Translations under genes and position numbers: made by a program
The notes under the pieces: generated by a model
Database searches by the model: none
Seen by the model: the letters and a program-made list of their open reading frames with translations, nothing else
What the model was told of the DNA's origin: nothing
Shown: piece by piece, positions 1-9,989 of the stretch
Position numbering within the stretch: the first letter of the stretch is position 1
Layout of the letters: each line of letters begins with the position of its first letter
Source of the DNA: an uncultured Planctomycetota bacterium
GTDB taxonomy: Bacteria > Planctomycetota > Planctomycetia > Isosphaerales > Isosphaeraceae
Length of the DNA: 64,000 nucleotides
Direction of reading: 5' to 3'
Assembly (NCBI GenBank): GCA_963845755.1
Contig: CAWJTV010000011.1
Span: forward strand, 1,120,001-1,184,000

Positions 1-173
1 GTGACCAGCCACGATCCGCATCCGAAAGTACCACCTCAAGGACTGTGCGTTCGATTCATCCGAAGGACGATTGTCGCCGCCGAGTCGGTCCGTGAACCAC
101 CCGGATGCATCGACAACGCCCCTCCGTTATGATGAGTCTTGCTCGATCATGAACGCGGAGGGCGACGTCGGCC

Positions 174-3103
174 ATGAGCATTCCCCCTCGGACGATCCGG
201 CGCGAGAGTGTCTTCATCAGTGCGGTCACGCGCGAACTGGGCACGGTGCGAGACCTCGTGAAGAAAGCACTCGAGGACAGCGACTATCATGCCGTCGAGC
301 AGAAGAACTTCCCCGCCGATTACCGCGACCTGAAGGACAAGCTCCGCGAGCGGATCGGCTCGTGCGAGGCCGTGATCCACATCGCCGGCCACTGCTACGG
401 CGCCGAGCCGCCCGAGAAGCCCGCCGACGCGCCCCGGCGCAGCTATACCCAGCTCGAATACGACATCGCCGTCGAGCTGGAGAAGCCGGTCTATGCCTTC
501 CTCACCGGCGCCGGCTTCCCGGCCGACCGGCACGATTCCGAGCCCGCCGAGCTTCAGGAGTTGCAGGAGGCCCATCGCCATCGCGTGGCTTCGACCGGCC
601 AGGATTACAACCCCGTGGCCACGCCGAGGAGCTCGACCAGAAGATCCGCGGCCTGCGCCTGAAAGTGGAACGGCTCGCCACCGAGCTCCAGCAGGTCGAC
701 CAAAAGGTGGACGAGCACAGCGGCCGGTTGCGACGCGGACTCGTCGCCGTCGCGGTCCTGGTGATCACCGGGTTGGGCGCAATGGGTTACGTCGGCTGGC
801 GGCAGCAGGCCGAACATCGGGCCCAGCAGGACGAGCAAGTGAGGCAGCAGGCGGAACGCGAACGGCAGCAGGCGGAACGCGACAAGCAGGAACGCGAACG
901 GCTTGCGGCGGAGGCCGCTCGCAAAGAGGCTCAGACGATTCAGCAGGTCCAGCAGGAGTTCGCCGAGCGGTTCCTCCAGCAACTGTTGACGGACAAGCAG
1001 ATCTCAGCGGAGGTCGCCCGCCAGCGTGCCCTCAAGGAGTTGCCGGCGCTGGTCAAGCTCCCCCTGGCGGAGATCCAGGCCCTGATCGACCGCAAGATCG
1101 CCCCGCGGGCGACCGAGGAGAGCCTGTCTCCCCTCGACCGGGCGCGGGCAGCCCTGGCCAAGGGGAATCTTGATGAGGTGTTCCGGGCGTCGGACGAGCA
1201 GAAGCAGCAAGGGCGTGAGCTGGCGATGCTGGAAGGCACCGCGGCGCTGGCCCAGTTCCGCAAGACGCCGAAGCCGGAATGGAACACGCCGCGCCCTCGC
1301 CGCGTTCCAGCGGGCCATGGCCTCGGCCGACCCGAAATCCCCGACGGAGTGGCAAGCCTGGACCGACGCCGCGGTCGCGACCGCTTCGATTTTACACGAT
1401 CTTGCTCATTATTCGGAAGCTGAGCCACTGCTGCGGGATTGTCTGCGACTCCGCGAAGCCAACCGAGGGCCGAACTCGCCAGATGTCGCCATCGTCCTCA
1501 ACAACCTGGCGTTGTTGCTCCAGGCCACGAATCGGCTGGCGAGGCCGAGCCGCTCTTTCGCCGCGCGTTGGCGATCGACGAGCGAATCGTACGGCCCTCA
1601 CCACCCCACCGTTGCGAAAAGCCTCAACAACCTGGCGTTGTTGCTCCAGGCCACGAATCGGCTGAGCGAGGCCGAGCCGCTCTTTCGCCGCGCGTTGGCC
1701 ATCGACGAGAAATCGTACGGCCCCGACCACCCCGACGTTGCGATCGACCTCAACAACCTGGCGTTGTTGCTCCAGGCCACGAATCGGCTGAGCGAGGCCG
1801 AGCCGCTCTTTCGCCGCGCGTTGGCCATCGACGAGAAATCGTACGGCCCGGACCACCCCGACGTTGCGATCCACCTCAACAACCTGGCGGTGTTGCTCTA
1901 TGCCACGAAACGAATGACAGAGGCCGAGCCGTTGATGGCACGGGCCATTCGCATCCTCTCGCAATTCCAGCGATTGACCGGTCACGAACACCCGAACCTG
2001 CGAACCGATGTCGAAAACTACCGCCAACTGCTCACCCAGCACAAGCTGGCCGAGCCCGAGATCGCCAGGCGGATCAAGGCAGCGAGAGAGGGGACGGACA
2101 AGCTGTCGCCCATCATCCCCGAGGTGGAGCGGCTCCTCGGCCCGGCCAGACCGGTCGCGGACGTGCTGACATCCCTGGATCGCCAGTACAAAGAGCAGGG
2201 CAGACCGGCCGTCTATTTCCTCAGGCCCAAAGAACCGATCGCCCCTCATCTCGACGAGCTCCTCCGGCCCGACGGCGACTGGTTGAATGCCCAGGGAGTC
2301 CTCGCGTTCCGCAGGCGTGATTATGCCAGCGCAGTCGTGTTCTACGACGCCGCCCTGGAGCTGATGGCCGGCCAACCCGCAAAGCTTCCGACACGGCTCC
2401 TCATTCGCCTGAATCGTGCGGCGGCCTTGCGCGACTTGGGCCAGGTCTCGCAGGCGCGCGACGACCTCGTAAAGCTACTGCCCGAGCTCGATCAGCTCCC
2501 GGCCACGGAATCCACAACGAAGGGCCGGGCTCGCTATCACCTCGCGGTTTGCCAGTGGCGCCTGGGCGATCGGGCCGCGGCCCAGAAGTCGGTGGAGGAG
2601 TCGCTCGCCGTTTACGACGCCGCGCCGAAAGCGAAGCCCGTCGATCCTGGCATCCGTCAGCAGTCCGAGGAACTGCTCGCGGCCCTGAAGGCTGGAAAGG
2701 CCCCACCGCCGCTGGCCGCGATCGACGCACCCGCCGCGCTCGAGGCCGCCCGAGCCCGCTATCGAGCCCGCGAGGCGCTGACGAGGCTCCCCTTGAAGGA
2801 GAAGGCGGCTCCCTTGCTGGATCAGGTCCTCGGCCCGGCCCGGTCCACCGAGGAGGTCTTCGACGGCACTCGACCGCTACTACCGCGAGCAAGGGAAGCC
2901 CGCCGTCTGGTTCCTGCCGCTGAAGGAACCCATCGCGCCGCACCTCGATCAACTCCTCGGGCCGGCCAAGACCGTCAAGGAGGTGCTCGACTCTCTCGAC
3001 CGGCAGATACCGTGCCAAGGGGAAGCCTGCGGTCTGGTTCCTGCCGATCAACGAGCCGATCAGCCCGCACCTCGACGAGCTTCTGGGCAAGCCATCGAAG
3101 TAG
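174..3103 (+). CDS. DUF4062 domain - TM helix - coiled coil - TPR protein with C-terminal 42-aa repeats (stitched across several frameshifts)
   Basis: N-term VFISAV...IGSCEAVIHIAGHCYG...SYTQLEYDIA (DUF4062-like); shift near 620 into ORF 71..1423 with hydrophobic LVAVAVLVITGLGAMGYVGW and Q/E/R coiled coil; shift near 1285 into ORF 1170..3146 with LNNLALLLQATNRLSEAEPLFRRALAIDEKSYG TPRs; tail ends GKPSK-TAG at 3101-3103. Confidence 0.8.
1497..1950 (+). repeat. Four 126-bp (42-aa) kinesin-light-chain-type TPR coding repeats
   Basis: ctcaacaacctggcg recurs at about 1497, 1623, 1749 and 1876. Confidence 0.9.
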
Positions 3104-3213
3104 GGCTCGCTTGCTGGGGCGATCTGCCTGCAATCCAGATCGCTGAATCAGTGGCGTCGGTTTCTTTCCGAGTGAACACAGACTGATAGACCGTCCTCTT
3201 GATGGAGGTCATC

Positions 3214-3254
3214 GTCTTGACAGTCTTGACGGTCTCGACATCGCGGGGTAGCGT
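3214..3254 (+). promoter_or_regulatory. Sigma70-type promoter overlapped by three 9-bp direct repeats (putative operator)
   Basis: gtcttgaca/gtcttgacg/gtctcgaca at 3214-3240; TTGACG (3226-3231), 17 bp, TAGCGT (3249-3254); SD GGAGGTG before ATG 3273. Confidence 0.65.
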
Positions 3255-3272
3255 GAGGATGGGAGGTGAACC

Positions 3273-3470
3273 ATGCCCAAAGAAACGCCCCGATCGTCTT
3301 TCCGTCTGACGGCTCGCACGATCCAGCGAATCGAACTGATCGCCAGATGGCGCGGGGGCATGACCAAGACCCGAGTCATCGAAGAAGCCGTTACAGCCCT
3401 CGCCAACGAGGTGCCTGCGTGGTTCCTGGAAATGGACGCCAAACGACAGAAACACCAGGCGAAAACCTGA
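3273..3470 (+). CDS. Small ribbon-helix-helix-like DNA-binding protein
   Basis: 65 aa, beta-strand SSFRLT then two helices (..MTKTRVIEEAV); strong SD. Confidence 0.6.
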   Translation: MPKETPRSSFRLTARTIQRIELIARWRGGMTKTRVIEEAVTALANEVPAWFLEMDAKRQKHQAKT

Positions 3471-3482
3471 AAGGATCAACCC

Positions 3483-3725
3483 ATGGCCACCCACCTGCAA
3501 GTCCGCGATCTCATCACCGCCCAGCCCTTCCAACCGTTCCACGTCCGAATGGCCAGTGGCAGGACCTTCGAGGTCCGGCACCCCGAGAACATCGCCTGCT
3601 CTCAAAACAACCGCGACATGGTCATCTACGATGGCGACGAAATGATCCGCGTCGAAGCCCTCCTGGTCGAGATCCTCGAGCCGGTGAAAGCCACCAAGTC
3701 AACGGAGGGCAACGGCTCGTCATGA
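3483..3725 (+). CDS. Small conserved planctomycete hypothetical protein (PFxPFxxxxxxGRxFEVRHPE motif)
   Basis: 80 aa, motif QPFQPFHVRMASGRTFEVRHPE; SD AAGGA; 12 bp after the RHH gene. Confidence 0.7.
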   Translation: MATHLQVRDLITAQPFQPFHVRMASGRTFEVRHPENIACSQNNRDMVIYDGDEMIRVEALLVEILEPVKATKSTEGNGSS

Positions 3726-3765
3726 TTCCGGATCTGCCCCGAACTCGTTGAGAGGACCCCCGCTC

Positions 3766-3890
3766 GGGCACAGGGCGATTCGCATTCCTCCCGAATCGTC
3801 GGCCCGGTCGAATTCGGGCAGGAGGGATCCGCCATGCAGACCATTACGCTATCCAAGGACGCCGTCGCCGTGCTCCGACTCCGCGTCAAG
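3766..3890 (+). repeat. Repeat B copy 1: leader plus truncated 5' end of a small gene (MQTITLSKDAVAVLRLRVKG)
   Basis: Aligns by eye with 8559-8682 (ggcgattcgcattcctcccgaatc..ggcccggtcgaattcgg..ggaggga..ccgccatgc..gaccatt..gccgtcgccgtg..ccgcgtcaa). Confidence 0.85.
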
Positions 3891-4434
3891 GGCCTTCGGC
3901 TGCTGCGGCTTCCCGGCCGATCCGGTCGAACTCGCGCACCGCATCCAGGGCCTGGTCGATCGGGACATGAGGTTTCAGCCGACGAGTGTCGGCGAGGACT
4001 TCGACACCGCGGGGAACGCCGTTCTCCCGGGTCACGTAGAGGGCCGTGGCCAGATTCTCCAACTCCGTCACGCCCTTGGAGCCGAAGGCCTGCGCGACGT
4101 ACGTGATCTCGCGGGCGTACTTCGCCAGCGTCACGGGGTGGCGCGACGCGAATTCGGCGCTCGTCCCGGTCGGCACGAGGCCCGGGCCGTAGCCGGGCGA
4201 CCGGTGATCGAACTCGATCAGGAAATCCGCCCGCAGCGCGGTCATCTCCTCGCTCAGGTCGAACGAGTACGGGCCGTGCTTGTACAGGATGAACTCGTAT
4301 CCGGTCGGCACTCCGAGCAGTTCCTGAAGGAAGTAAGTCGCCTTCTGCATGTGGGTGTGGCCGCACCAGCTTTCTTCGCGTCGAAGCTGGTCGGCCAGCT
4401 CGGTGAGGATGGCGGCTTTCTGAAGGCGGTCCAT
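3886..4434 (-). CDS. YwgA-like / DUF4065 (Panacea/SocA)-related winged-helix partner of the HD protein
   Basis: HMQKATYFLQE...YEFILYKHGPYSFDL and ELENLATALYV motifs; starts 3 bp after the HD gene stop. Confidence 0.7.
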   Translation of the reverse strand: MDRLQKAAILTELADQLRREESWCGHTHMQKATYFLQELLGVPTGYEFILYKHGPYSFDLSEEMTALRADFLIEFDHRSPGYGPGLVPTGTSAEFASRHPVTLAKYAREITYVAQAFGSKGVTELENLATALYVTRENGVPRGVEVLADTRRLKPHVPIDQALDAVREFDRIGREAAAAEGP

Positions 4435-4437
4435 GGG

Positions 4438-7078
4438 TCAGGTCTCCTTGCGGGCCTGGATGAGCTGGTCACGGTTTGCGGTCAGCCAGTGGGTTGCATC
4501 CTTGAGCAGGTCCGCCCTGATGAACACGTAATCGACGGCGACCACCGGGAGGTGTTGTAATACCTCGGAGAGCTTCTCCGACGACGCGATCCGCCCATCC
4601 CGGAGCAAGACCGGAAAGACCGACGACTCGCGTTTCTGCGTGTACTTGTCGTGCCGGACGTTCTCCTCGCCAAACTCCGCCTTCGCCCCCTGGAACACGG
4701 CCTGGGCCGCCTCGGGATTCACCTTCACGTCCTCCGGATGGCGCTGATAGAGGACCTTGAAGTGGTCGTGGTGGGCGATCCGCCGCGCGGCAGCGTGACC
4801 CGCCAGCGACACGTCGCTCGCCGCAGCCAGGATACGGGAGTTCACTTCATTGTCGGTCATTTGCAGATGCGACTCAAGACCCGTCTGAAATTTTCCACCG
4901 GGCAGGTCGGCGGAGAGGAAGTCCTTGAGATGGATATCGTAGATCCGCCGGATCGGGTGGAAGTAGACCTGCGAGTACATGTAATGGCGGGCGAGCAGCA
5001 GCGCCTCGGCCGAGTGGAGACCGCCTTCTTCGACGCCCAGGGTGGGCTCGGCGACCGTATCCGGCTCGACCTGGAGGTGCAAAGGGATGATGCGCAGCGT
5101 ATCGATCAGGCGGAAGTGATCGAATCGCCCGTAGGCAACCCCAGCGTGATAGGAGTCGCGGAGCAGGTAATCCATCCGGTCGGCGCCGAAGGCATCGCCG
5201 ACGATGATCTCGGCCAGGATGGCTTCCCAGTACGAGAACGTGAGGCCCGTGGCCTTCCGGGGGCCGATGGCCAGCTTGACGACATCCAGCGGCCGCAGGG
5301 GCGGGGTCATGGACGTCCATAGGCTGGCCAGCTCCGGGCTCAGGATGATTTCCCGGCTCAGACGTTCGTGGTCCCAGCCCTCGGGGAGGAGTTCCTTCTC
5401 CGCCGCGTGCGAGAAAGGCAGGTGGCCCATGTCATGACAGAGCGCCGCCATCCGCAGGACCCGGCGCCAATATTGGAGCTGATTCGGCTGCCCGATCTCC
5501 TCGAGGACCTTCCGGACTTCGTCGCTAACGTTCGTGGGGTTAGGGCGCTCAACAATAAGTTACCGAATTTGGCTCTGTTTTCTGTGCGGTCGTATCTGAT
5601 AATTCCACTCGCCGTGAAAACTGTTACGGCGTATGAGGACTTCGGATAATTGCATACTGGATACGGTCTTTGCCTTCTGGTAGTGATTCTCGTCGAGCCA
5701 AGCGTGAACTTCCAGGCCCTCCTTGGTTCGCGTGCAGCCGATCAGCTTGACGACGATCTCCAAGGTCTCCAGGGGAACACCTCGCCAATTGCGGGTGATG
5801 TGGCAAAAGAGCCGATGCTCGATCTTGTTCCACTTGCTCGTGCCCGGTGGATAGTGGCAAAGTTCCACTGCCAGGCCCGTTTCGTTGGCGAACTGTTGAA
5901 CGGCCCACCTCCAGAGGCGCGTTCGCGGGCTGTTGCTGCCCCCACTGTCGGCCGTGATCAGCAACCGCGTCGCTCGCGGATATCTGGGTTGCCCCAGGCG
6001 CTCCCACCAGCGACGAATCGCGGCGACCGCGAACTCGGCCGTATCGTGGCTGATCCCCACCGACACGCCGGCTTCGTTGTGGGCCAGGTCGTAGACCCCG
6101 TACGGCACCGCCTTGCCGAGCTTCTTGTCCGGGAAGTCATGGGTCTTGACCTTCTTGGGGTCTCCCTTCCTCCGGTAACTGCGACCCGGATTCTTGAGAT
6201 TTCCCAGGGGCTCTTTCTTCTTCGTATCCACCGATATGGTCGGCTGTCCCGCACGCTGGAAGGCGGTGACTCGCTTGCTGATGTGTCGGAATTGTGCATC
6301 ACGATCCGGATGCTGCTTGCCTTCGATCGTCTTGCGGTTGGCTTGCAGGCTATAGCCGCACTCATGCAGGAGTCGGCCCACCGTGTTGGCGCTCACCGCG
6401 AACCCGTCTCGCGCCAACTCATCCGCCAACGTCCGCGTGCTCTTACACGTCCATCGGAGTGGCGACATGGGGTCGCCTCGCCGCCGGCATCGACCAGCTT
6501 CTGCAGGGCTTCGACGAGCTTCGGCTGCTCGGACGTCGCGGCATTTACGGCCGCCGCGACCGGCGTTGTTGGGTCGGCGGTGGCGAGTTGAGATCAGCCA
6601 GATCCCGGATCCCGGTTCGAATCGTGCGGTCCGACATCCCTGTAGCAGCAGCCACCGCTTCGATGCCGCCCCAACCGAGCGACCGCGACTCCACTGCGGC
6701 CCATCGCCTTCGAGCGAGCTCATCCAAGTCCCCGACAATCGCGGAATACTTCTCACGAATCCATTCGACGACTTGTGTGTTCGGCATCCTCGGAAATATC
6801 ATCCAACCTGCCGTCGTCCGTCAATACCAATTTCGGTAACTTATTGTTGAGCGCGCCTTAGTAACGATATCGAAGACTCTGCTGGCCAGCTCCATGACCC
6901 CGAGCGAATGCTCGAAACGCTTGTGCGTCGCCGCCGGATAGAGCATGTAGGTCAGCGCGAGTTGGTGGATATGTCGGAGGCGCTGGAACGGTCGCGAGTC
7001 CAGGACCGCACGCTCGTCCGAATCGAGTCGGACGAAGACGTGGATCGGGTCGCGGATCTCATGCAAGTTCTTGCCCAT
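4438..7078 (-). pseudogene. HD-domain dNTP triphosphohydrolase-like protein (SAMHD1/YwfO family), split by ISAzo13-family IS
   Basis: IRDPIH, FQRLRHIHQL, HKRFEHSLG (7078-6858) and LCHDMGHLPFSH, ADRMDYLLRDS, MYSQVYFH (5539-4438); removing the IS and one TTAG restores an in-frame 440-aa ORF (...DIVTNPTNVSDEV...). Confidence 0.92.
5544..6857 (-). mobile_element. ISAzo13-family insertion sequence, copy 1 (transposase with 5' frameshifts)
   Basis: ISVDTKKKE, ITADSGGSN, PPGTSKWNKIEHRLF motifs; inverted ends ctcaacaataagttaccgaa / ttcggtaacttattgttgag; TTAG duplicated at 5540-5543 and 6858-6861. Confidence 0.95.
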
Positions 7079-7247
7079 CGCGTCCGTCTCACGGCCTGGA
7101 CCACGGCGCCGATTACCCACGCCGAGGAATCGTCGTGTCCAGCAACGATAACCTCTCGTTGGGCTCGGTCAAGGTCGGGGGCAGAAATGAGGTGTCGTCA
7201 CGGAAGCCGGTCAGCCGGCCCCGAGACGGGCTGTTGGACGCGGTTGC

Positions 7248-7507
7248 TCATGATGTCCAATTCTCGATGCTCAAGCCGGGCACGGCAGATAGGTCGGTAT
7301 CCTCGCTGACAACGGTGCACTCGCCCAGGACGAGCGCGATGGCCGCGACCTGGATGTCTCGATTCCGAAGAATAGCTCGCCCACCACCGGGATGCACGTG
7401 CCCACTGCTGCTCCTGTCAAGCGAGCCGCCCTGGCCCGCTGGTCAACGCCTTTGCGACGATTGATCAGATCGCCCACGGCGCCGGTGTCGAGCAAATATC
7501 GTCTCAT
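7248..7507 (-). pseudogene. PIN-domain (VapC-like) toxin with internal deletion and frameshift
   Basis: N-term MRRYLLDTG...VVGELFFGIE joined out of frame to C-term DIQVAAIAL...VVSEDTDLSAVPGLSIENW; the usual central segment is missing. Confidence 0.85.
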
Positions 7508-7812
7508 TCGAATAACCCTTTAAGTCGCTCGGCTCGTTCGTCGAATCGGGCCTTCTCCCAGTCTCGCCGCTGTTGCCGTGCGGATTGCAGCGCGGCCTCC
7601 TCTTCCGCGGAGAAGCTCAAGGGTTCGAGCGAGGCGAGCCAGGCGAGCCAGCGAGCGATGGACTGCGGGTCGTCGCCGAGGAGGTCTCCCGGGGAATCGG
7701 TCTCGAGCGGTTCTGCGATCGGCTCGACCGCCAGTGCGGTCCCGTCGGGCCAGTCAACCGGTTGTGTCGGGACGATCTGCCCGTTCTTCCAGATCGCGTG
7801 AATGGATTTCAT
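7504..7812 (-). CDS. Antitoxin, AF2212/DUF104-like N-terminus
   Basis: MKSIHAIWKNGQIVPTQPVDWPDGT; ATGA overlap with the PIN gene. Confidence 0.75.
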   Translation of the reverse strand: MKSIHAIWKNGQIVPTQPVDWPDGTALAVEPIAEPLETDSPGDLLGDDPQSIARWLAWLASLEPLSFSAEEEAALQSARQQRRDWEKARFDERAERLKGLFE

Positions 7813-8146
7813 CGCGGTGCCCCCCTCCTTCGTCGGTGATGCGCCCGGATCGGATCAGACTTCGTCGCGATCGTCGTCTTCATCCCACCAGATATCGCGG
7901 TCGATGTCCATCGGGAATGAATTCGTGGCGAATTATCCTTAACATTCCTGGACCGCCCGTATCAAGCGCAGGGCAAGCCGGAGGTCTATTACCTCAAGGC
8001 GGTCGGCAGGAGTTCAGTGACCCCGGGTCTGGATGTCGTCGGCCTCTGTCGAAGGGCAATCGGGGGGTGCCGGATTGAGCCCCGAATGGGCGCGATGACA
8101 GCTCGGCGCGAGCCCCGAGAACGCCAGCCCGATCCTCTGGCGGTCC

Positions 8147-8213
8147 GCGAGCCCCGACGGGGCGACATCACCGCCGGCGCGGCGTGGAGCGATGTCGCCC
8201 CGTCGGGGCTCGC
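8147..8213. repeat. REP/REPIN-like perfect 23-bp inverted repeat
   Basis: gcgagccccgacggggcgacatc (8147-8169) / gatgtcgccccgtcggggctcgc (8191-8213). Confidence 0.85.
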
Positions 8214-8358
8214 CGGAAGGGAGGGAGCCGAGGCGTGGCGGGAGGTCCCGGGGTTGACACCACCCCGGGCTTTACGATCTCGTCCCGTTGGGACTGGCCG
8301 GAGCGTCTCGGTTGGGAACCGCTCGATTCCTGGGTGGACTTTGATCCGCCGGTCGCCC

Positions 8359-8682
8359 AAGCCGAGCGAACCGATCGTCCCGCACCTCGATCAACTGCTT
8401 GGGCCGGCCCGGTCGGTCCAGGACGAGCTCGACTCGCTCGGCCGGCAGAACCGTGCCCAGGATAAGCCCGCGGTCTGGTTCCTGCCGCTCAACGAGCCGA
8501 TCAGCCCGCACCTCGACGAGCTGCTGGGCAAGGCTTTCGAGTCGGGCTTGGTCATATGGGGCACCAGGCGATTCGCATTCCTCCCGAATCCTCGGCCCGG
8601 TCGAATTCGGCCTGGAGGGACCCGCCATGCCGACCATTGCGCGATCCGAGAACGCCGTCGCCGTGATCCGATTCCGCGTCAA
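8359..8682 (+). pseudogene. Orphan diverged copy of the 3' end of the DUF4062-TPR gene followed by repeat B copy 2
   Basis: EPIVPHLDQLLGPARSVQDELDSLGRQNRAQDKPAVWFLPLNEPISPHLDELLGK matches about 2925-3100; 8559-8682 matches 3766-3890. Confidence 0.85.
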
Positions 8683-9048
8683 CCCTGGAGACTCCCGGCG
8701 GGAGACCTGCGGTCCGGGCCACGGCGGGGTCGACAGACCCGCGTCGAACGTCGGACATCCTCGACCGGGATCGACCCAATCGCCAGGGGCCCGCGTCATC
8801 GCGGCGGAGAAGCCTCGTAGCGAATCCTCTTTGGTAACAGGGAGTTACGGGCGATGGACCGACGAACGGGACTCGGGCGGCTCGGGAGAGCGATCCGATG
8901 CCGCTCGGAGACGTTCCGGAACGGCTCGACAACGATCTGGCGAACCCGAGTCGGTTGAGATAAACTGGAATCGAAGTGATCGGGGCGTCCTGATCGGCGG
9001 ACGACTCGATCGATATTGACGGACAAACCTGACGAGGCGGGGTTCACC

Positions 9049-9386
9049 ATGCGTTTGGCGCCCGTGATCCTGCCCGACCTGGGAACCGGTCCGGACGTAC
9101 CGATCGTCGTGAGTCACTGGTTCGCGGCGCGAGGGCAGTGCGTCTGGGAGGGGGAACGGCTGGTGGAAGTGCTGGCCGGACCCGCGACCTTCGACGTCCC
9201 TTCGCCGGTGACCGGACACCTGGCCGAGATCCATGGCCAGGAAGACGATCGCGTCGAGCCGGGGGCCGTTCTCGGTCTGGTCGCGGAGGAGGATGCGGCC
9301 GGGCCGACGGGCGACCACGACCACGGCGCGGCGGTCCCCGCGGTCCGGTCCGTCGCGATCCCCGACCTCGTCGCCCCACGACATGA
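9049..9386 (+). CDS. Stand-alone lipoyl/biotinyl-domain protein lacking the acceptor Lys (3' end uncertain)
   Basis: VILPDLG...WF..G..V.EGERLVEVLAGPATFDVPSPVTGHLAEI...VEPGAVLG; a TGA at 9384-9386 in another frame overlaps the next ATG. Confidence 0.7.
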
Positions 9387-9845
9387 CGACGTTCCACGAG
9401 CACTCCGCCGGCGTGATCCCTTACCGCCGGGCAGACGATGCGGGCCCACTCTACCTGGTCCTTCATTCCGCCACGGTTCGCAACCCTCGCGCCAAGTGGG
9501 AATTCCCCAAGGGCGGGGTCGAGCCGGGCGAATCGATCCAGGCCGCCGCCGCGCGCGAATTCCAGGAGGAGACCGCCCTGGTGGACTGGTCCTTCCATGA
9601 CGGATTCCAGCGGAACCTGTCCTACACCTACATCCGGCGCGGTCACAAGGTCGTCAAGACCGTGACCTACTACCTCGTCGAAGTCCGAGACCCCGCGCCG
9701 CTGGCCCGATCCCCCGAGCATATGGAAGACCCCTCCGGCCAGTGGTATCACTGGGGCACGTTCGAGCAGGTCAGCGCAGTTGCTCTATCACAGCAAGATC
9801 CGCCAGATCTTCGCCGAGGCGGACGCCTTCCTCCGGAAGCCGTGA
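9383..9845 (+). CDS. NUDIX hydrolase, Ap4A hydrolase (NUDT2)-like; frameshift near 9775
   Basis: HSAGVIPYRR, WEFPKGGVEPGESIQAAAAREFQEET Nudix box, KTVTYYL. Confidence 0.85.
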
Positions 9846-9989
9846 CCGCCGCTCGACAATTCGCTGGCGGCGCCTGTCTACGCGGGTCCTCGATCCGCGT
9901 TCTTCGACTCGGGCGCGGGCCGGGAGACCCGCGCCGATCCGCCGGGTTTTCACCGGGGCATATTCATCGCCCGACCCATCGCCGGGCGA

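Noticed and set aside
5650..6591. Long antisense ORFs in the IS copies (also 28215..29417)
   Set aside because: Shadow ORFs opposite the transposase; conserved only because the IS is duplicated.
3117..8360. Integron cassette array
   Set aside because: No integrase and no convincing attC (RYYYAAC...GTTRRRY) sites were seen; gene orientations are mixed.
8017..9019. ORFs 8017..8820 and 8399..9019 as real genes
   Set aside because: They run through REP hairpins and duplicated remnants and have low-complexity Arg/Pro/Gly translations.
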